A stretch of 64,000 nucleotides of DNA from Balanoglossus misakiensis (Eukaryota; Animalia; Hemichordata): contig CM082588.2 in assembly GCA_040954595.2 (NCBI GenBank), positions 10,524,844-10,588,843 of the forward strand. The letters run 5' to 3'. The notes below the pieces were generated by a model. It was not told the origin of the DNA, ran no database searches, and worked only from the letters and a program-made list of their open reading frames with translations. This document shows positions 14,979 to 28,630 of the stretch, in pieces; within the stretch, counting starts at the first letter, position 1; each line of letters begins with the position of its first letter. The position numbers were made by a program, and so were the translations under genes.

Positions 14979-15312
14979 GTCATAGTCCAGTCGTTAGAGC
15001 ATCAGACCCATAATCAAAGAATCAAGGGTTTGATCCCTGGCATGGTTGTGGTGTTGTGGTGTTTACATCTCCTTGCCTCTCCCCGCCCATAAGAAAAGGT
15101 AATTTGGTGGATCCGATATTGTAATGAGTATGTTTAGGTCTGCTGTGCTGATATAAAAGCTGCACATGTGAGCTGTTGTTTGCTCCCCATGGAGTGGGAT
15201 GGAATATTTTAGGTCCACCGACCTAGGTCAAATTACCATGGGAAACACTTTGAAGCAGCACATTGAGATTTATTGTGTAATGTGCTATATAAGTAATAAA
15301 TATTATATTGAT
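14979..15312 (+). mobile_element. tRNA-derived CORE-like SINE with LINE2-like tail (copy 1)
   Basis: A-box-like TAGTCCAGTCGTTAGAGC, B-box-like GGTTTGATCCC, central domain, tail ...cacattgagatt...aatgtgctatataagtaataaatatta. Near-identical copy at 33046. Confidence 0.8.
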
Positions 15313-15392
15313 ATCATTACATAAACAACACTCTTACTTAGCAAAGGAAGTGGTCAGGTGAACTATATTCGCAGAGCTGACCAATTGTTTAA

Positions 15393-15723
15393 AGGGGCAA
15401 AGTCTCTCTTTCGCCACCATTGTTCAATTAAGTTTGATACATGAACCCATTTATGTTATTCTACATGTGGCTATATAGTGAATCAACATTCAACCAACAA
15501 CTTTCATCCCGTTTGTAGAATCTGAGAGTAAAAATCTCGCAAAAATGAATAAATGGTAAACACCGATTATTCATTTTGGCGAGTTTTTTCATTCTTGTGT
15601 GTACAAGTGGGGTGGAAGTTGTGTTTGGTCGAACATTGATTCACTATACAGCCAACATAAACGATGTCTTGTATCAAACATAATTAATGGTAAAAAGGGC
15701 AGCGAGAGAGACACTTTGTCCCT
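15393..15723. mobile_element. Kolobok-type MITE, related to the left end of the element at 17484
   Basis: TTAA TSD at 15389-15392 and 15724-15727; TIR AGGGGCAAAGTCTCTCT / AGAGAGACACTTTGTCCCT. Empty paralogous site gaccaattctTTAAggaaaatt at ~14082-14103. Confidence 0.88.
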
Positions 15724-15783
15724 TTAAGTAAAATTCAAGTTGTGTAATGTGGACATATTCACATTTACAAACTGTTTTATAGT

Positions 15784-17483
15784 CACATGGGGATTAAATG
15801 CATATGCATGTGTATTTAAAGTTAACTGTAAATCCCCAGGTTAATACGTGGCCAAAAGCACTGTAATTTGACATTTCTAAAGATGGTGAGATGTTGTTTG
15901 CTCCCCAGGGAGTTGAATGGAATATTTATGTCCAACGACCTAAATCAAATGACCATGGGACAACTTTAAAGCACATTGAGATTTAATGTGCTACATACGT
16001 TATAAATATTATATTAATATTATTACATAAAAAACACTCTTGCTTAGCAAAGGAAGTGGTCAGGTGAAAAATATTTGCACAGCTGACCAATTATTTAAGG
16101 AATATTAAAGTTGGGTAATTTGGACGTATTCATACGGGTGTTGGTCAATGGAAAGTCCTTTGTTCATTTTCAAAATGGCAACCAAAAATGCGAACAAAAC
16201 ACACTGAATTCTGTACGGGATATTGATGTTGCCTAATTTGCGTGTTTCCACATTTACTTAAACTCTCACACGGAGACAAATGTCACAGCAAACGGAAAAA
16301 TGACTATGCTACACACAACACTTTTATTGATCATGGGAAATGTTCATGAGAATTGTGTTATGGTACTTTTCGGGGCTCACGAACTGTGTTATGGGAAATC
16401 TGACAAGGAATCTAAACTGTACCACATACACAACACTTTTATTAAGCGTGGGACATGGTCCTGAGAACAATATTCTCAGAGCTGACAAACTGTGTTATGT
16501 GAAATTCATGTTGCCTATTTCATGATAATGGCTTGTGGTACACAAGGGTTAACAGCAATCAGCAATTGCTTGTATGATAGGTATGATGATCGATTTATAA
16601 ATTTCAATGGTATAATAATGGGCAACACATGTGGAAGTGTTTAATAAACAGTTAACTAATGTGGTGATGGTTTGTGGTAAAATTGAGGGTACACAGATTA
16701 TAATGGGCCAAAACAATGAATATAATAGAGGTTGATGATGGTGAAGGGTTTCATATGAATGGTGTAATAAAGGTTAACAAATGTGGTGATAGCTTTGGTG
16801 TACAGGGCTGTTGATATATTTAGTAATGACAAAGGTATAATAATGATAAAAGCTTAAATAAGTGTTGGGGCACAATCTTCACGATGGTTCATTCATTGGT
16901 TAATGTGTATATTTTATTAATATCATGCTATTGTTTATCAGTTAGATCATAATCAGGATTTTTCCATGCACATCGTCACCATGATTCAGCGGAATTCTTC
17001 TGAATAGTACCTGTGATCATTTTTCCGCACCGACGCATTGTACGCGACAGACATGCAGAAAATATTAACATGTAACTCACAGGCATAATGTTAAATCTAA
17101 ACGACTGTACGTTAGGTTAGCTTTACCTCCCCACCCCATCCAAATTCCAAATTTAGCTTGCCATGCAGTTTTCGGGTAGTACCAATTCGGAAACTTTCAT
17201 GGTTCATTCATCGAACCAAATATTGGATTTGACACACTGTGCCATGGGTGGGTAAAGCATGGTGAAATGTTGGCGGTAAACTTTAACCAGGCAGGTCACA
17301 TGAAATGAAGATATTATCCTTTGAGTTTGATGACATACATGATAAGATATGTCAGTTTTGACACCTTTTTGCAGACATAGATGCTGATGTATTTTTTCCA
17401 TTGGACACAGTAGTCAAAGTCCAGTCTGTGTTTAAAATGATACCCTGGTCACACACAGTGAGAAATATCAGCCTTTGACTTAA
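15784..17483 (+). repeat. Duplicated block (satellite remnant + SINE tail + degenerate repeats), paralog at ~29720-31580
   Basis: Colinear high-identity match to ~29720-31580; the second copy has ~180 extra bp near 30420-30600. The left part is also copied at ~33816-34345. Confidence 0.88.
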
Positions 17484-19560
17484 AGGGACAAAGTCTCTCT
17501 CTTTTTGCCTTTTTTCCATTACTTTTGATTCATTCAAGACACTGTGTATGTTATTTTAAATGTTGATATATAGTGAATCAACGTTCGACCACACACAAGT
17601 TCCATCCCGCTTGTAGACACGAGAGTAAAAAAATCACCAAAATGAATAATCGTTCTTTACCATTTATTCGAGCGCGGACGCGGGCCGGGCTTCGATCATT
17701 ACCAATGTGCGCATGTGCAAGGGTATATACACAAAATGAAACGTCATACATATAATTATAGCTGTAGCGACAGTCATGGCGGATGCTTTGGCGTCTGTTC
17801 CCAGTAGCAGTGGTAAACGTAAACGTGCTCGTGGCCGCCCACAAACCACTGCTTCGGCAAAAAAACGTAAACAATTGCTGAAACAAGTAGGTCAGATAAA
17901 CATTTTCTCGGAAATTCATCGTTGGAATGAAATCAAACGCTCCTTGGTATTGGAAACGAACCGCCAGGTCGCAAAGGTACTGATCGACCGGTAAGTACAT
18001 ATTCGTGCATTCACTGTGTACGTACTCCATAGCCAAAGATACGGCATGAATTGTGTACATGAATTTAGAATCTGTGTCTCACAGAATCACTGCGAGCATC
18101 ATCTCAATGTAATTCTAAATGTGCTGTTTCAAGTCGTATTTCACTTAGTGATTTTGCCCAGCGCATACCTCGCCCTCGACCAGCAGTTGTATGTAGTACG
18201 CTGGACCGTTTGTATCAATGTATGACTATGCGAGATAAATTGTACGGTACTGCAATTTTTTTTTTTTTTCTTTTTTTTCCTCCGGACAATCTACATGTAT
18301 TACTGTTATCGAACATACGAGACAATATGCTTTTAGCGGAATTTGGTTGTTCTTTGTTCTGCTACAACTTCCGTTTTGTTATAGCCAGTTGTGTACATTT
18401 CTTGAGCTGTATATGAACTGAAGAAAAATTTGGCTATTTTCTCGTAGTTATCTTATTCTCACCTTACGTGTCTGTAACCTGTCCTCTGAGGCAAATTATG
18501 GCTGTGTGTAATCCCTTCTAAAGACAGAAATTGGCTACGTAAACAAGCCATTGTAAAGGCAAAAAAGGTTCATTGTGTCTTATTATTTGTGTGGACAGGT
18601 ATTATGAACATCAAGTTACAGCAACAACAGATGCAGAATTTACCAGGCCTGCATCATCTCCAAGTGGCCAAGAAACACTGCAAGTATTTGCACCGTCTAT
18701 GGAAACTAGGTACCAAATAAATTTTGATCATGATACTTTGAGCTTTGTATAGTACACAATAGATTTTCATATTTGATGGGGCTCTTGCAGTATACATGAT
18801 GTATATTGTTTTAAAGAGGTGACATGTTTTTATGGCTCATGAAAAGTAATTGTGTCCGTAATATAATTTATAGAAATGAAACAATGAAATGTTGCATTCC
18901 ACATAGTTATCTGTGTGATAGATGGGAATACCTAAAAGTATATATTTGTTTCTTAAAATTTATAGGCAACGTGATGATCAAGGACAAGCCACCCAAACTT
19001 TTCCTATGACATCAACGCCAGGAAATGGCCATCTTTGTGATATCGAAAAAAATTTAGAAGAATTAGTTGCATCAGAAATATCATCAGTCAGGTAGGTGTT
19101 TAAGCACTGTTTTTTTACATTACATGATAATTTCAATGCTTCTAGCCACAATCTGTAGTATGAGGAAAAGCCTCTGCTCAAACTCTCAGGTGACAATAAT
19201 CAACATAACAATGGCGAAGTATACCTGACATTTGCCCTCCAATAAACAACCAAAATCATCCTATACAATTTATTCAGTGTGTTGACCAAGACATTCACGT
19301 CTATGGTTTTAATCCAGCAAACATAGGTTTTTCACTGCTTACTGGTTGGGGGATTAGGGGGAACTGGAACCTACAACGTTTGTGCAGACCTAGTTTGTCA
19401 TGTATCAAATTTTAGTCTTTTTTTTCTTTGTACAGGGTTTCTTCCATCTCTGGAATTGCAGAGATAGATGTTCAGGAGATAGGAGAATCATCACAAGAGA
19501 AACCTATGGAATCTACAGAAGGCCCATCACAGCCAGTACAAAGTGAAAGGTATGACACTA

Positions 19561-19978
19561 TCTTTTCTTACACTCCCCGTACGCTGGGAGTGTGAGAACA
19601 GAGTGTGGGAACAAATTGTTCTCACAATCTCACTGAATAGAAAGCTGTATATGACGTGAGTGCTGATTGGTTAACAAAGTGTTCTGTCGCTACGCGCACT
19701 AAATGTTATCCAATGGCGCGATGTGTATTACAGGCACAGAGACTACAACGTGCCCCCAGACAACAATTCCAGAGTCATTTATTCAATGTTTTTAACGAAC
19801 TTGGCTAATTTGTGACCGTGTGAGAAAAAGAATCTCACACACCAAGGACCTGGGATCATATTTCTCACACTCGTCGGGGATATTCTGTCCCACACGAGCC
19901 TGCGGCTCGTGTGGGACAGAAAATCCCCAACTCTTGTGAGAAATGTGATCCCAGGTCCTTGGGAGTGTGAGATTCTAT
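19561..19978. mobile_element. Intronic hairpin-ended non-autonomous element (same architecture as 13382-14017, opposite orientation)
   Basis: ~148-bp hairpin 19829-19976 centred on cacacgagcc-tgc-ggctcgtgtg; IR cttttcttacac (19562-19573) / gtgtgagaaaaag (19818-19830). Confidence 0.7.
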
Positions 19979-21149
19979 TAATCTGAAGATAAACTGTAGT
20001 TAGGTAAACTTTTATAGTGAAATGTGGCTTTCCCCCCTCTTTTGTACCTTTTGTGATAAACATTAATCTCCTGCTTTAGGACAAAAGCAGGAGCGACTGC
20101 TTTACATACATGTAAATGTACTAATTTCTAACTCCCTTGCTTATGCTTGTGTGAATAAGTTATTCTGTGTAGCTATCAACATGAAAATATTTCTTAGAAA
20201 GCAAAATGGCAAATGTTTACCAAGCACCCTAAATTTACTTGTGTGAAACCAAGATAGAGAGGAACCTGTAAAAATAAGCAGTGATGCTGCTGTCCCTGTG
20301 TGCCCCTGTCACTTTGTTTCAGAGTTCAATTTTCATGTGTGTTATATTTAGTTCACAGCTGTAAATTAGTTCAGTACATATTGCCGTCTCATGTGTGCCT
20401 ATTTTGTCATTTTTTTCTCCAGCGGCCGTGTAAGATTTCCAAGAAATTTGTCTGAGTCTTTCATCAATCCATTTGAGTAAGTTTTCCTTATTCTATTGTC
20501 ATATACGGCATGCATGTATCCCTTGCTTGAGCAAGCCTTTTCGATTGCTTCTTTTCTCCTGTTACACTAAATTTAAATTTGTTGGGAAAATCAGTTTCAT
20601 GACATGCATCACGTGTGTCAGAACATTTGCTTGTACTTAAATTCATGGGAAATGTTTTCTTTCTTTTTTGTGCTTATGAGTGACTATATGTATTTTTAGT
20701 GAGCAGCATTGTCCCACTATTCAGATTAATTCCTTGGTTTTATTACTACCAGGTTGAGCATTGATATTTCTGAGGAAGACAAAGAGGAAGACATGAACCT
20801 ATGTGACGATGATGATTATGACTATGAGCCCAGCTTTGATATTTCTATAATGTAAGTGCGCATTTATCACTATCATCAAAGTTCCTTATTGGATGGGTAC
20901 ACAACAAATGGAAAGCAAAATATCCTCATGGTTAAAAAAAGCCTAAGTGTTGGACGCTAAAATTCATATATATGATAAATTTTCTTTTATGAATGAAACA
21001 TCAACTTACAACATTTGTACTAACAGCTGACTGACAAACTCTGATGGACAAGTCATGAGCATTGTTAGGATTTTTTGTCCATTTCTCAGAACTAATGGCG
21101 TGCAGGTGGTTCCTGCCATTGGTGACGACGATATTGAAAGTGACGGTGG

Positions 21150-21180
<31 letters not shown>
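21150..21180 (+). repeat. (GAT)n microsatellite encoding poly-Asp within a transposase exon
   Basis: gatgatgat run of about 10 units, in the acidic tract DDDIESDGGDDDDDDDDDDE. Confidence 0.85.
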
Positions 21181-21183
<3 letters not shown>

Positions 21184-22502
21184 ACACCATCACCGGGTCT
21201 GCAGAGAGTTGTCACAGAAGAAGATGGGGAAAGCCTCCTTGGTGACTCTACAACATGTCTGTTTTTTTTAACCAGCTTCTGGCCCTTGGCAAAAAATCTA
21301 TTAGGCAAGTCTGTGCATTGAAGTCTTGCAGTGGATTGATATCCTCTACTTCAAAGTTTGTTGGCTCAGCTTTATATCTAAAGTGGGTGAGTGTGAACTA
21401 AATATGGTATATTCTTGACAATTACTGTTAAACTATACCAACTGTAGTGTGCATTGTATGGACAATCACTATGCCAGTATTATTTAGATGAACAGGAAAC
21501 TCTAGTTATAATCCTATGTGGGTGCACATTGTTCCTTTAGGTTTATAATAAAAAACAATAGTCAACTGAAATTACAAAGTTATCGGTATTAACATCTGTT
21601 TTATCGTGTCTTGGAGAAATCAACATGAAATGATCAAATAAGCATGAATCTTTAAACTTTTTTTTTTCAGGAATGCTCAGCTGGTCACCTTGAGTACGAA
21701 TGGTGTTCACAACCAATTTTGAACAGGAGACTTCATAGTGGTGATCTCTTCACAGCAGCTGCCATTCTATTGTCTGGTAATAATTATGCCAAAATTAATT
21801 TTTTGGCAAGCATTCTGTCACTCAGAATTTGCTCCCAGAATACTTACAATAGAATTCAGAAAGCTTATCTAATACCATGTCTTGATGAATTTTGGATACG
21901 ACAACAACAAGACATCATTGATTCATTTGATGGCCAAGAACTTGTTTTACTGGGTAAGTTTTTAGCTTCATTGTTAATGACACGCACCTAATCTGATTGG
22001 CTCACCCCACTGATTATCCATCACATGTCGGCCAATGCACTTGTAATTTATGTCTAAAAGTTTATACTTACACACTCTATTCTGCTGATTTAGAAAAGAA
22101 TACAATAGTTATTATTTGGTGGCATTTACTTCCTCATTTGCATCATTTCATACTCATTGTAAAATCATTGAATTGGAAATGTTCTCACTTATGCATACTT
22201 ATGTATAATTTGACTGACATATTTACTTGATTATGTCTCAGGTGATGGGCGAATGGATTCCCCGGGTTTTTGTGCGCAATATTGCACCTATACTGTGATG
22301 GAGGAAACCACCAAGAAAATTCTGTCGATAATAACCATGGACAAAAGAGAAACAGAGAAGAAGTCAACAAACATGGAAAAGGCCTGCCTTGTTAAAAGTC
22401 TAAACCAGCTTCAGGAGAAAGGTGTAAATGTCAAAGAAGTCGTAACAGATGCCCACATGCAGATTACAGCTCTGATGAGTAAGTGTAATTTTATGATTTT
22501 AA

Positions 22503-23297
22503 GATGGGTCCCTAGGATCTTTTTGCCCGTTGCTATGGGCCTTTATAGGACATTACACCCCGATTTGGACTAAGCCGTTTTCAGAGTCTAACAAGGGGCT
22601 GGTAACTAGTTGAAAATCTGCACGATTGTGAGCGCGCGCCCCCTGACGCCATTGATATGCAAATTAGCTAGGTCAAATTTCAAAAGCCTAAGGCTTTTTA
22701 TTCCGTGACCTCAAAAACGAACTTGATACGTATTCATTAGTTGCTTGAACCAGGGAAGATCGTGACGGATTTTGTTTTCGAATATTATCGTTGTATCCTA
22801 CGATTTCAGCATACCCGTACCACACCTGAAAAAGTCATCGATTTTGGGTGTTTTTGGACGCACTCTTCCACCGGTATCGCTTCTTAGCACGACGAAAACC
22901 GAAAAAACGATCCGTCACACTATGCGGAAGTGCGTTCTCAACAAGCAGGTCAAATTTGGCTGGCCTACGTCGCCTATGAAAAAAGCCTTAGGGATTTTCG
23001 TGAACGGTACAAAATCTCTGTGTACAAAACATTGGATATTTAGCGTTCGATCCAGTTACTGTGGTTACAGGACGCGCACGCTATCGGTGACTGCTGCTTT
23101 GCCGTATTAGCGTGGCGGCCTATGGCCGGGCGGTAGCTGCCGTAACCATACTCGGACAGGGGGTGTGCACACAATCGTGCGTATTTTTAACTAGTTACAA
23201 GCCCCTTGTCGGACGTTCATAACGGTTTCGATCAAAATTGAGTGTAGTGTCCTATAAAGGCCCATAGCAACGAGCAAAAAGATCCTAGGGACCCATC
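22503..23297. mobile_element. TTAA-targeting MITE (Kolobok-like termini) in a transposase intron
   Basis: TTAA at 22499-22502 and 23298-23301; long imperfect TIR GATGGGTCCCTAGGATCTTTTTGC... / ...GCAAAAAGATCCTAGGGACCCATC. Confidence 0.9.
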
Positions 23298-23783
23298 TTA
23301 ACTTGGGTTATATGTTGCTTTGAAATGCCAAAAGCAAAGCTGTTATACAGGTCAATGTTGATTTTGTTTTTCTGAGATAATGTATTTGGCAATCATAACA
23401 CTGTCATTTTGAAGCTCCATTTGTAATCACATTTACCCACTCTTATAGGAGACGATCACCCAGACATAAAACATTCTCATGACATTTGGCATGCTGCCAA
23501 GAACTTGTCAAAGAAGATCATAAAGGTTAGACAAACTTTTATTCTTGTATTCAGTTTTCATTTATCTTCTAAATATGTGTGACACTGACACATAAAAATG
23601 TAAGGGTATAGAATGTTACTAACTGATCCTTCTATCATTTTGGGTGGGGTGGGTGTCAAACTACCTTTGAAAATAGTTATGGCAATATTCAAATTGTGCA
23701 GTTGTTATTTGCATCAGTAAATGTCACAAACAAGTTCAGGTCTATGGTGAATAGTTATGAACCATCAGTTTATATCAGATCAT

Positions 23784-23937
23784 TGTGATAGTATTGTCAT
23801 GATCACGTGATTGTCACATGGTCTGTATACGTGATTTCCTGTAACTGTTAGTTCCCGCGTGGTTGTCATTCAATAAACATCACTTCTGTGGAACTCCGTC
23901 GTTGTCGACTGTCAATAACCCCTCCCCGGACATCACA
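23784..23937 (+). repeat. 5' LTR (154 bp)
   Basis: TGTGATAG...CATCACA, contains AATAAA; identical to 28631-28784. Confidence 0.96.
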
Positions 23938-23941
23938 TAAA

Positions 23942-23953
23942 TGGCGACGAGGA
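23942..23953 (+). promoter_or_regulatory. Primer binding site, probably tRNA-Ser(GCU)
   Basis: TGGCGACGAGGA 4 nt after the 5' LTR; complementary to a tRNA 3' end ...UCCUCGUCGCCA. Confidence 0.8.
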
Positions 23954-24037
23954 TTTAGTTGTCTAAATTAACTATCGAAGAACATACGCAAGCAACCTTT
24001 ACGAGATTTGGTGACTTCTTAGCCGTGATTTGAGTGC

Positions 24038-25580
24038 ATGAAAATGTCTACACCCGTAACGCTGTCCGGACTGCCAGGAGTGGCGGGATTCGACTGTGAA
24101 GGCGAACCGGAGGCTCTTCAGCAAAGGTGGGAGCGTTGGCTTCAGGAATTTGAACTGTTCGTAGCAGCTTCTGGTGTTTCAAATAATGCGCAGAAGCGTG
24201 CCTTACTTTTGCACATGGCTGGAGCGGGCATCAGAGACATTGTTAGCACTAAATCTGAAGATGAAACTGGTGACGTCACAAACTGCGCAACGTTGATAGC
24301 ATGTTTGGATAAACACTTTCAACTGCAGAAAAACGTTCCTATGGCGAGACAGAAGTTTTACAGCGCAACTCCCACGTCCGGGGAGACGGTCGACAGCTAC
24401 GTAATACGTCTCAAGAACCTACTGAAAGACTGTGATTTTCCCGAGACGGAAAAAGACAACCAGATAAGAGATCGTGTCTTGCTCTACATCAGCGACAAGG
24501 TGCTAAAAAGCAAGCTGTATCGTGAAAAGAATTTGGACACTACCAAACTACTACAAATCATACGGTCGTATCACGACAAAGATGCACTAGTTTTGGTGTC
24601 TGGTACTCAAGCTGTGAGTGCAAATGCAGTCAATATTGGCGGTAAACGTACGCGCGCCAAAAACAAAATGGCGGACTTAGCCTGTTTCCGTTGTGGAAGG
24701 AAAGGTCACATGCAACGTGAATGTCGCGCCAGTACAAGTGGTAGTTCTCGCAATGCCGAACAAAAATCCGACCGGTGTTTCCGATGTCAAAAACCGGGAC
24801 ACAGAGCTGCAGACTGTCGTGCTAAGTGGGAAGACTGTCCGTCTAAAGACAGTGAAAATGGCAACAGTCGAGGCAGTGGTGGTAACCGCAGCGCACGTGG
24901 ACGTGGCCGTACGCGTGGTGATGGTCGCGGTACACACAAGGTAGCTCAGACGACTACTGATGCAAACGCCGATGGTGGCCATGCAGACGTCGAGACTGAC
25001 GAGGAGAAAGCGTACTATGCTTTCAATGCTGCTTTCCGTGCTTCCAGTGGGAAGGACCTCACTGATACAGGTATTCAGATCGAGAATCAACACGTGCCGG
25101 TTATCATCGACAGTGGTGCTACATGTAATCTCATTGGTGAAAGACAATTTCGCAGACTTGCTGAAAAGCGTGGTGTGAAAGTTCGAAATTGTAACAATAA
25201 AGTGTTTACCTATGGTTCTAGTAAACCTTTAGATATATTGGGTAAATGTGCCTTACATGTTGAAGCGCCTACTAAAAAGAAATGTATTGCTGATTTTATA
25301 GTGATCAAGGCTGATCAACCGATTTTGTTGAGTCGGAGTACTTCTGAGAATTTAGATATGTTGAGAGTTGGAAATGTGAATCTGTACACGATAAATTCAA
25401 TATCTGCTGATAATTCTTCGCCAATTCTTGCAGAATTGCGGAGGAAATATCCTGAGGTATTTAATGGGTTGGGTAAGTTAAAGGGCTACAAGCTCCATTT
25501 GCATATTGATGAGAGTGTCAAACCCATAGCCCAGTACCGGCGAATTCCTTTCAACCGCCGTGCTAAAGTTGTTGAAAAAA
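24038..25580 (+). CDS. gag: Gag-protease part of the Gypsy polyprotein
   Basis: Two CCHC knuckles (CFRCGRKGHMQREC, CFRCQKPGHRAADC) and protease IIDSGAT. The frame is lost at the A-run 25575-25580. Confidence 0.93.
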
Positions 25581-28379
25581 CTCAACGAGCTTCAAAAGCT
25601 GGGAGTAATAGAGAAGGTTTCGGGTCCGACCTCTTGGGTCAACCCCCTTGTAACAGTACAAAAGCCTGATGGGGATATCAGACTATGTCTGGACATGAGA
25701 AAAGCAAATCAAGCCATTGTTAGGGAAAGACACCCTGTTCCCACCATGGATGAAACGCTAGAGGAAATTTCAGGGGCCAAGGTATTTTGCAAGCTTGATA
25801 TGAATATGGCTTTCCATCAAATTGAGCTCGATGAAAAGAGCAGGGATATTACAACCTTTTCAGGGCCCAACTCTTTGTATCGCTACAAGCGTTTAGTTTT
25901 TGGTGTGAACATGGCGACTGAAAAGTTTCAAAATCTAATTAGCCAGGTTTTGAAGGGCTGTGAGGGTGCCCACAACATGCATGATGATATTAGAGTAGTA
26001 GCTGAAAATTATGAGCAGCTGCATGCCAGAGTTGGGAAAGTGATCAAGCGTTTTAGTGAGCATGGTTTAACGCTGAACTTTACAAAATGTAAGCTAGGAG
26101 ACAGTATGATATTCATGGGTCACTTGATGACGGCCCAGGGTATGAAACTCACTGATGAGAAGGTCAAAGCTATTGTAAAAGCTCGAACGCCAACTGACAA
26201 ATCAGAATTGAGAAGTTTCTTTGGGCTGGCTCAATTTTGCTCAAAATATGTCGATAAATTTGCAACAGTGACAAGCCCACTGTGGGATTTGACTCGCAAA
26301 GATGCAAAGTGGAAATGGCTTCCCAAGCATGAGAAAGTATTCAATCTCATCAAACATAAATTGACCACAAGTCCATTCATGGCTTATTTCAAGCAGGGTG
26401 CTAAAACTCGAGTCACTTCTGATGCATCGCCCGTTGGTGTTGGAGCAATCCTTGAACAAATGCAAAGTAATGGTTCATATCAACCAGTGTACTATGTTAG
26501 CAGAAAGCTTACACATGTTGAGTCGAGGTACTCTCAGTTTGAGCGAGAGGCGCTTGGAGTTAAATGGGCATGTGAGAAACTTCAGCAGTTTCTGCTAGGC
26601 AGTCATTTTGAGGTCAGAACTGACCATAAGCCTTTATTGAAAGTATTCAGCCCTAACTCCAGGCCCCCTTCAGCTAGAATTGAGAGATGGCTGTTATATA
26701 TGCAACAATTTGATTATCATATCACCCATATCAAGGGAAAGAATAATTATGCGGACATGTTGAGTAGATTGCCCGTGGACGAACCATCTGACAACTATTG
26801 TAGAGAGACTGAAGATTTTGCATGTAGTGTTGTTTTAGAGGCTATGCCATCTGCTATCACCCCACGTGATATTGAGAGAGAATCTGCAAAAGACCAGAGC
26901 TTGCAATTGGTTGAAAAGTGTATTACCTCTGCAAATTGGTCAAAATTGAAGTCTTCACCCTATTGGCATGTGAAAGACGAATTATGGTTGTATGGCAGAT
27001 TGATCATGCGTGGTAACAGATTGGTTGTTCCTCAAGTTTTGCAAAGAAAAATCTTGAAAATTGCACACCAGGGTCATCAGGGAATTGTGAGGACAAAGGC
27101 TCGTTTACGTGACAGAGTTTGGTGGCCAGGAATGGACAGGGATGTGGAAAAACTGATACGATCCTGTCATCCATGTCAATTGGTCAGTGCCAGGCCAAAC
27201 CCAGAGCCATTATTACCCACACAGTTACCTGAAGGACCATGGTTCGATTTAGCAGTTGATCTTTTGGATGTATGTGATGGTGAGAAATTACTAGTGGTAA
27301 CTGATTTATACTCTAGATGGCCTGAAGTAGTTTTGTTAAAGAAAACAGATGCTGCCCATGTCATAAAAGCCATGGAAGCTATGTTTCTTACACATGGGTT
27401 GCCTTACTGTGTCAAATCAGACAATGGTCCACCTTTTACCTCAGCCGAGTTTGAAGGTTTCCTTGATTACTTAGGTATTGATCATGAATATTCCATTCCA
27501 TACTGGCCTCAGAGCAATGGAAGTGTTGAGAGGCTGAATGAAATAATTTTGAAGTCTGTACGAATTGCTAAATTGCAAAAGAAAAGTTGGTACAAAGATT
27601 TGACACATTTTCTATTTGAATATAGAAATACACCCCATACTGTGACAGGCATATCTCCTGCTATGGCTCTGATGGGAAGAGAGTTTAGGGACAAAATTCC
27701 TAGACTGAGAATTCCATCCCAAACAATCAATGAGTCTGATTGGCAAATCAAAATGAGAGAAAGAAACAACAGAATGAAAATGAAACAAAAGTTCTATGCC
27801 GACAACAGGAGACATGCCACTTCCTCAGATATCAGGGAAGGTGATACTGTTTTGCTCCAGCAAGCATTTAGGCAAAACAAACTCACTCCCAATTTCGAGA
27901 CAGAACCATACAAAGTCATCCAGAAAGATGGAGGTGCGTTATTATTGGAAAACTCCAAAGGTGTAAAAAGAAGGTCCACTGGACATGTAAAGAAATATGT
28001 TGAGGAATATCCAGAATTTTCCTTCCAGGGCACTGAATGGAACTCCAAACATTTGACATATGAACAACCTCAAAGGGTTCAAAATGGTGTTCCATCCTGT
28101 AACCCCCATATCCATGATTTGTCTACACATAACAACCTGGATAACTTGCCAGTATAACCCGTCTGTTCTAGTCAGAAATCAACTGGACCAGCATGTCCTA
28201 GTCCTGTTTCACCTACTGGTACAGCATCGTTGGAAACGATTGTAAATGTTCCTCCAACAATGCCAGTGACAAATTCACCTAAGACAAATGTAAACCCCAA
28301 TAGTACTGATGTGAGACGCTCAACAAGAATAAAATCTAAACCTCCTTGGCACAAAGACTATTGCATGCCAGAAGGATAG
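25581..28379 (+). CDS. pol: Pol (RT-RNase H-integrase); in-frame TAA at 28155-28157 in the C-terminal tail
   Basis: RLCLDMRKAN, KLDMNMAFHQI, NMHDD, SDASPVGVGA, TDHKPL, HQGHQG..CHPC, SDNGPPF, SNGSVER. After the TAA the frame continues 74 codons to RRSTRIKSKPPWHKDY...TAG at 28379. Confidence 0.93.
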
Positions 28380-28630
28380 ATTATATTGACATAAGACTGT
28401 CCACAAACATTATGGAATGAGTTTCTGTAGAGCAAATTTTCTCTTGGAGATTTGTATTTTCCTAGTTATGAAGTTCTCAAGTTCTTGTTAAGGTTAAGGT
28501 TCTGTTTGTTTTCATTTGTTAGAACATGATCATTCACAAAGCATTACAATTTGACAGTGTTGGCAAATTTCATACTTTCCAAAGCGAGTTGTAAACTTAA
28601 AGTACAAGTTTTCTTCTAAAGTTGAGGAGA

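Noticed and set aside
14979-15050. tRNA gene (also at 33046)
   Set aside because: The A/B boxes are degenerate, there is no acceptor stem, and the sequence continues into a SINE body and tail.
17578-18060. 160-aa minus-strand ORF
   Set aside because: It overlaps the Kolobok terminal region and exon 1 in antisense; no motif.
25560-25600. Programmed gag-pol ribosomal frameshift
   Set aside because: The shift is +1, lies downstream of protease inside the RT N-terminus, and is explained by one extra A in a homopolymer. Mag-type elements usually have a single ORF.
24677-28354. Antisense and alternative-frame ORFs within the Gypsy element
   Set aside because: Shadow ORFs of gag/pol with no independent features.
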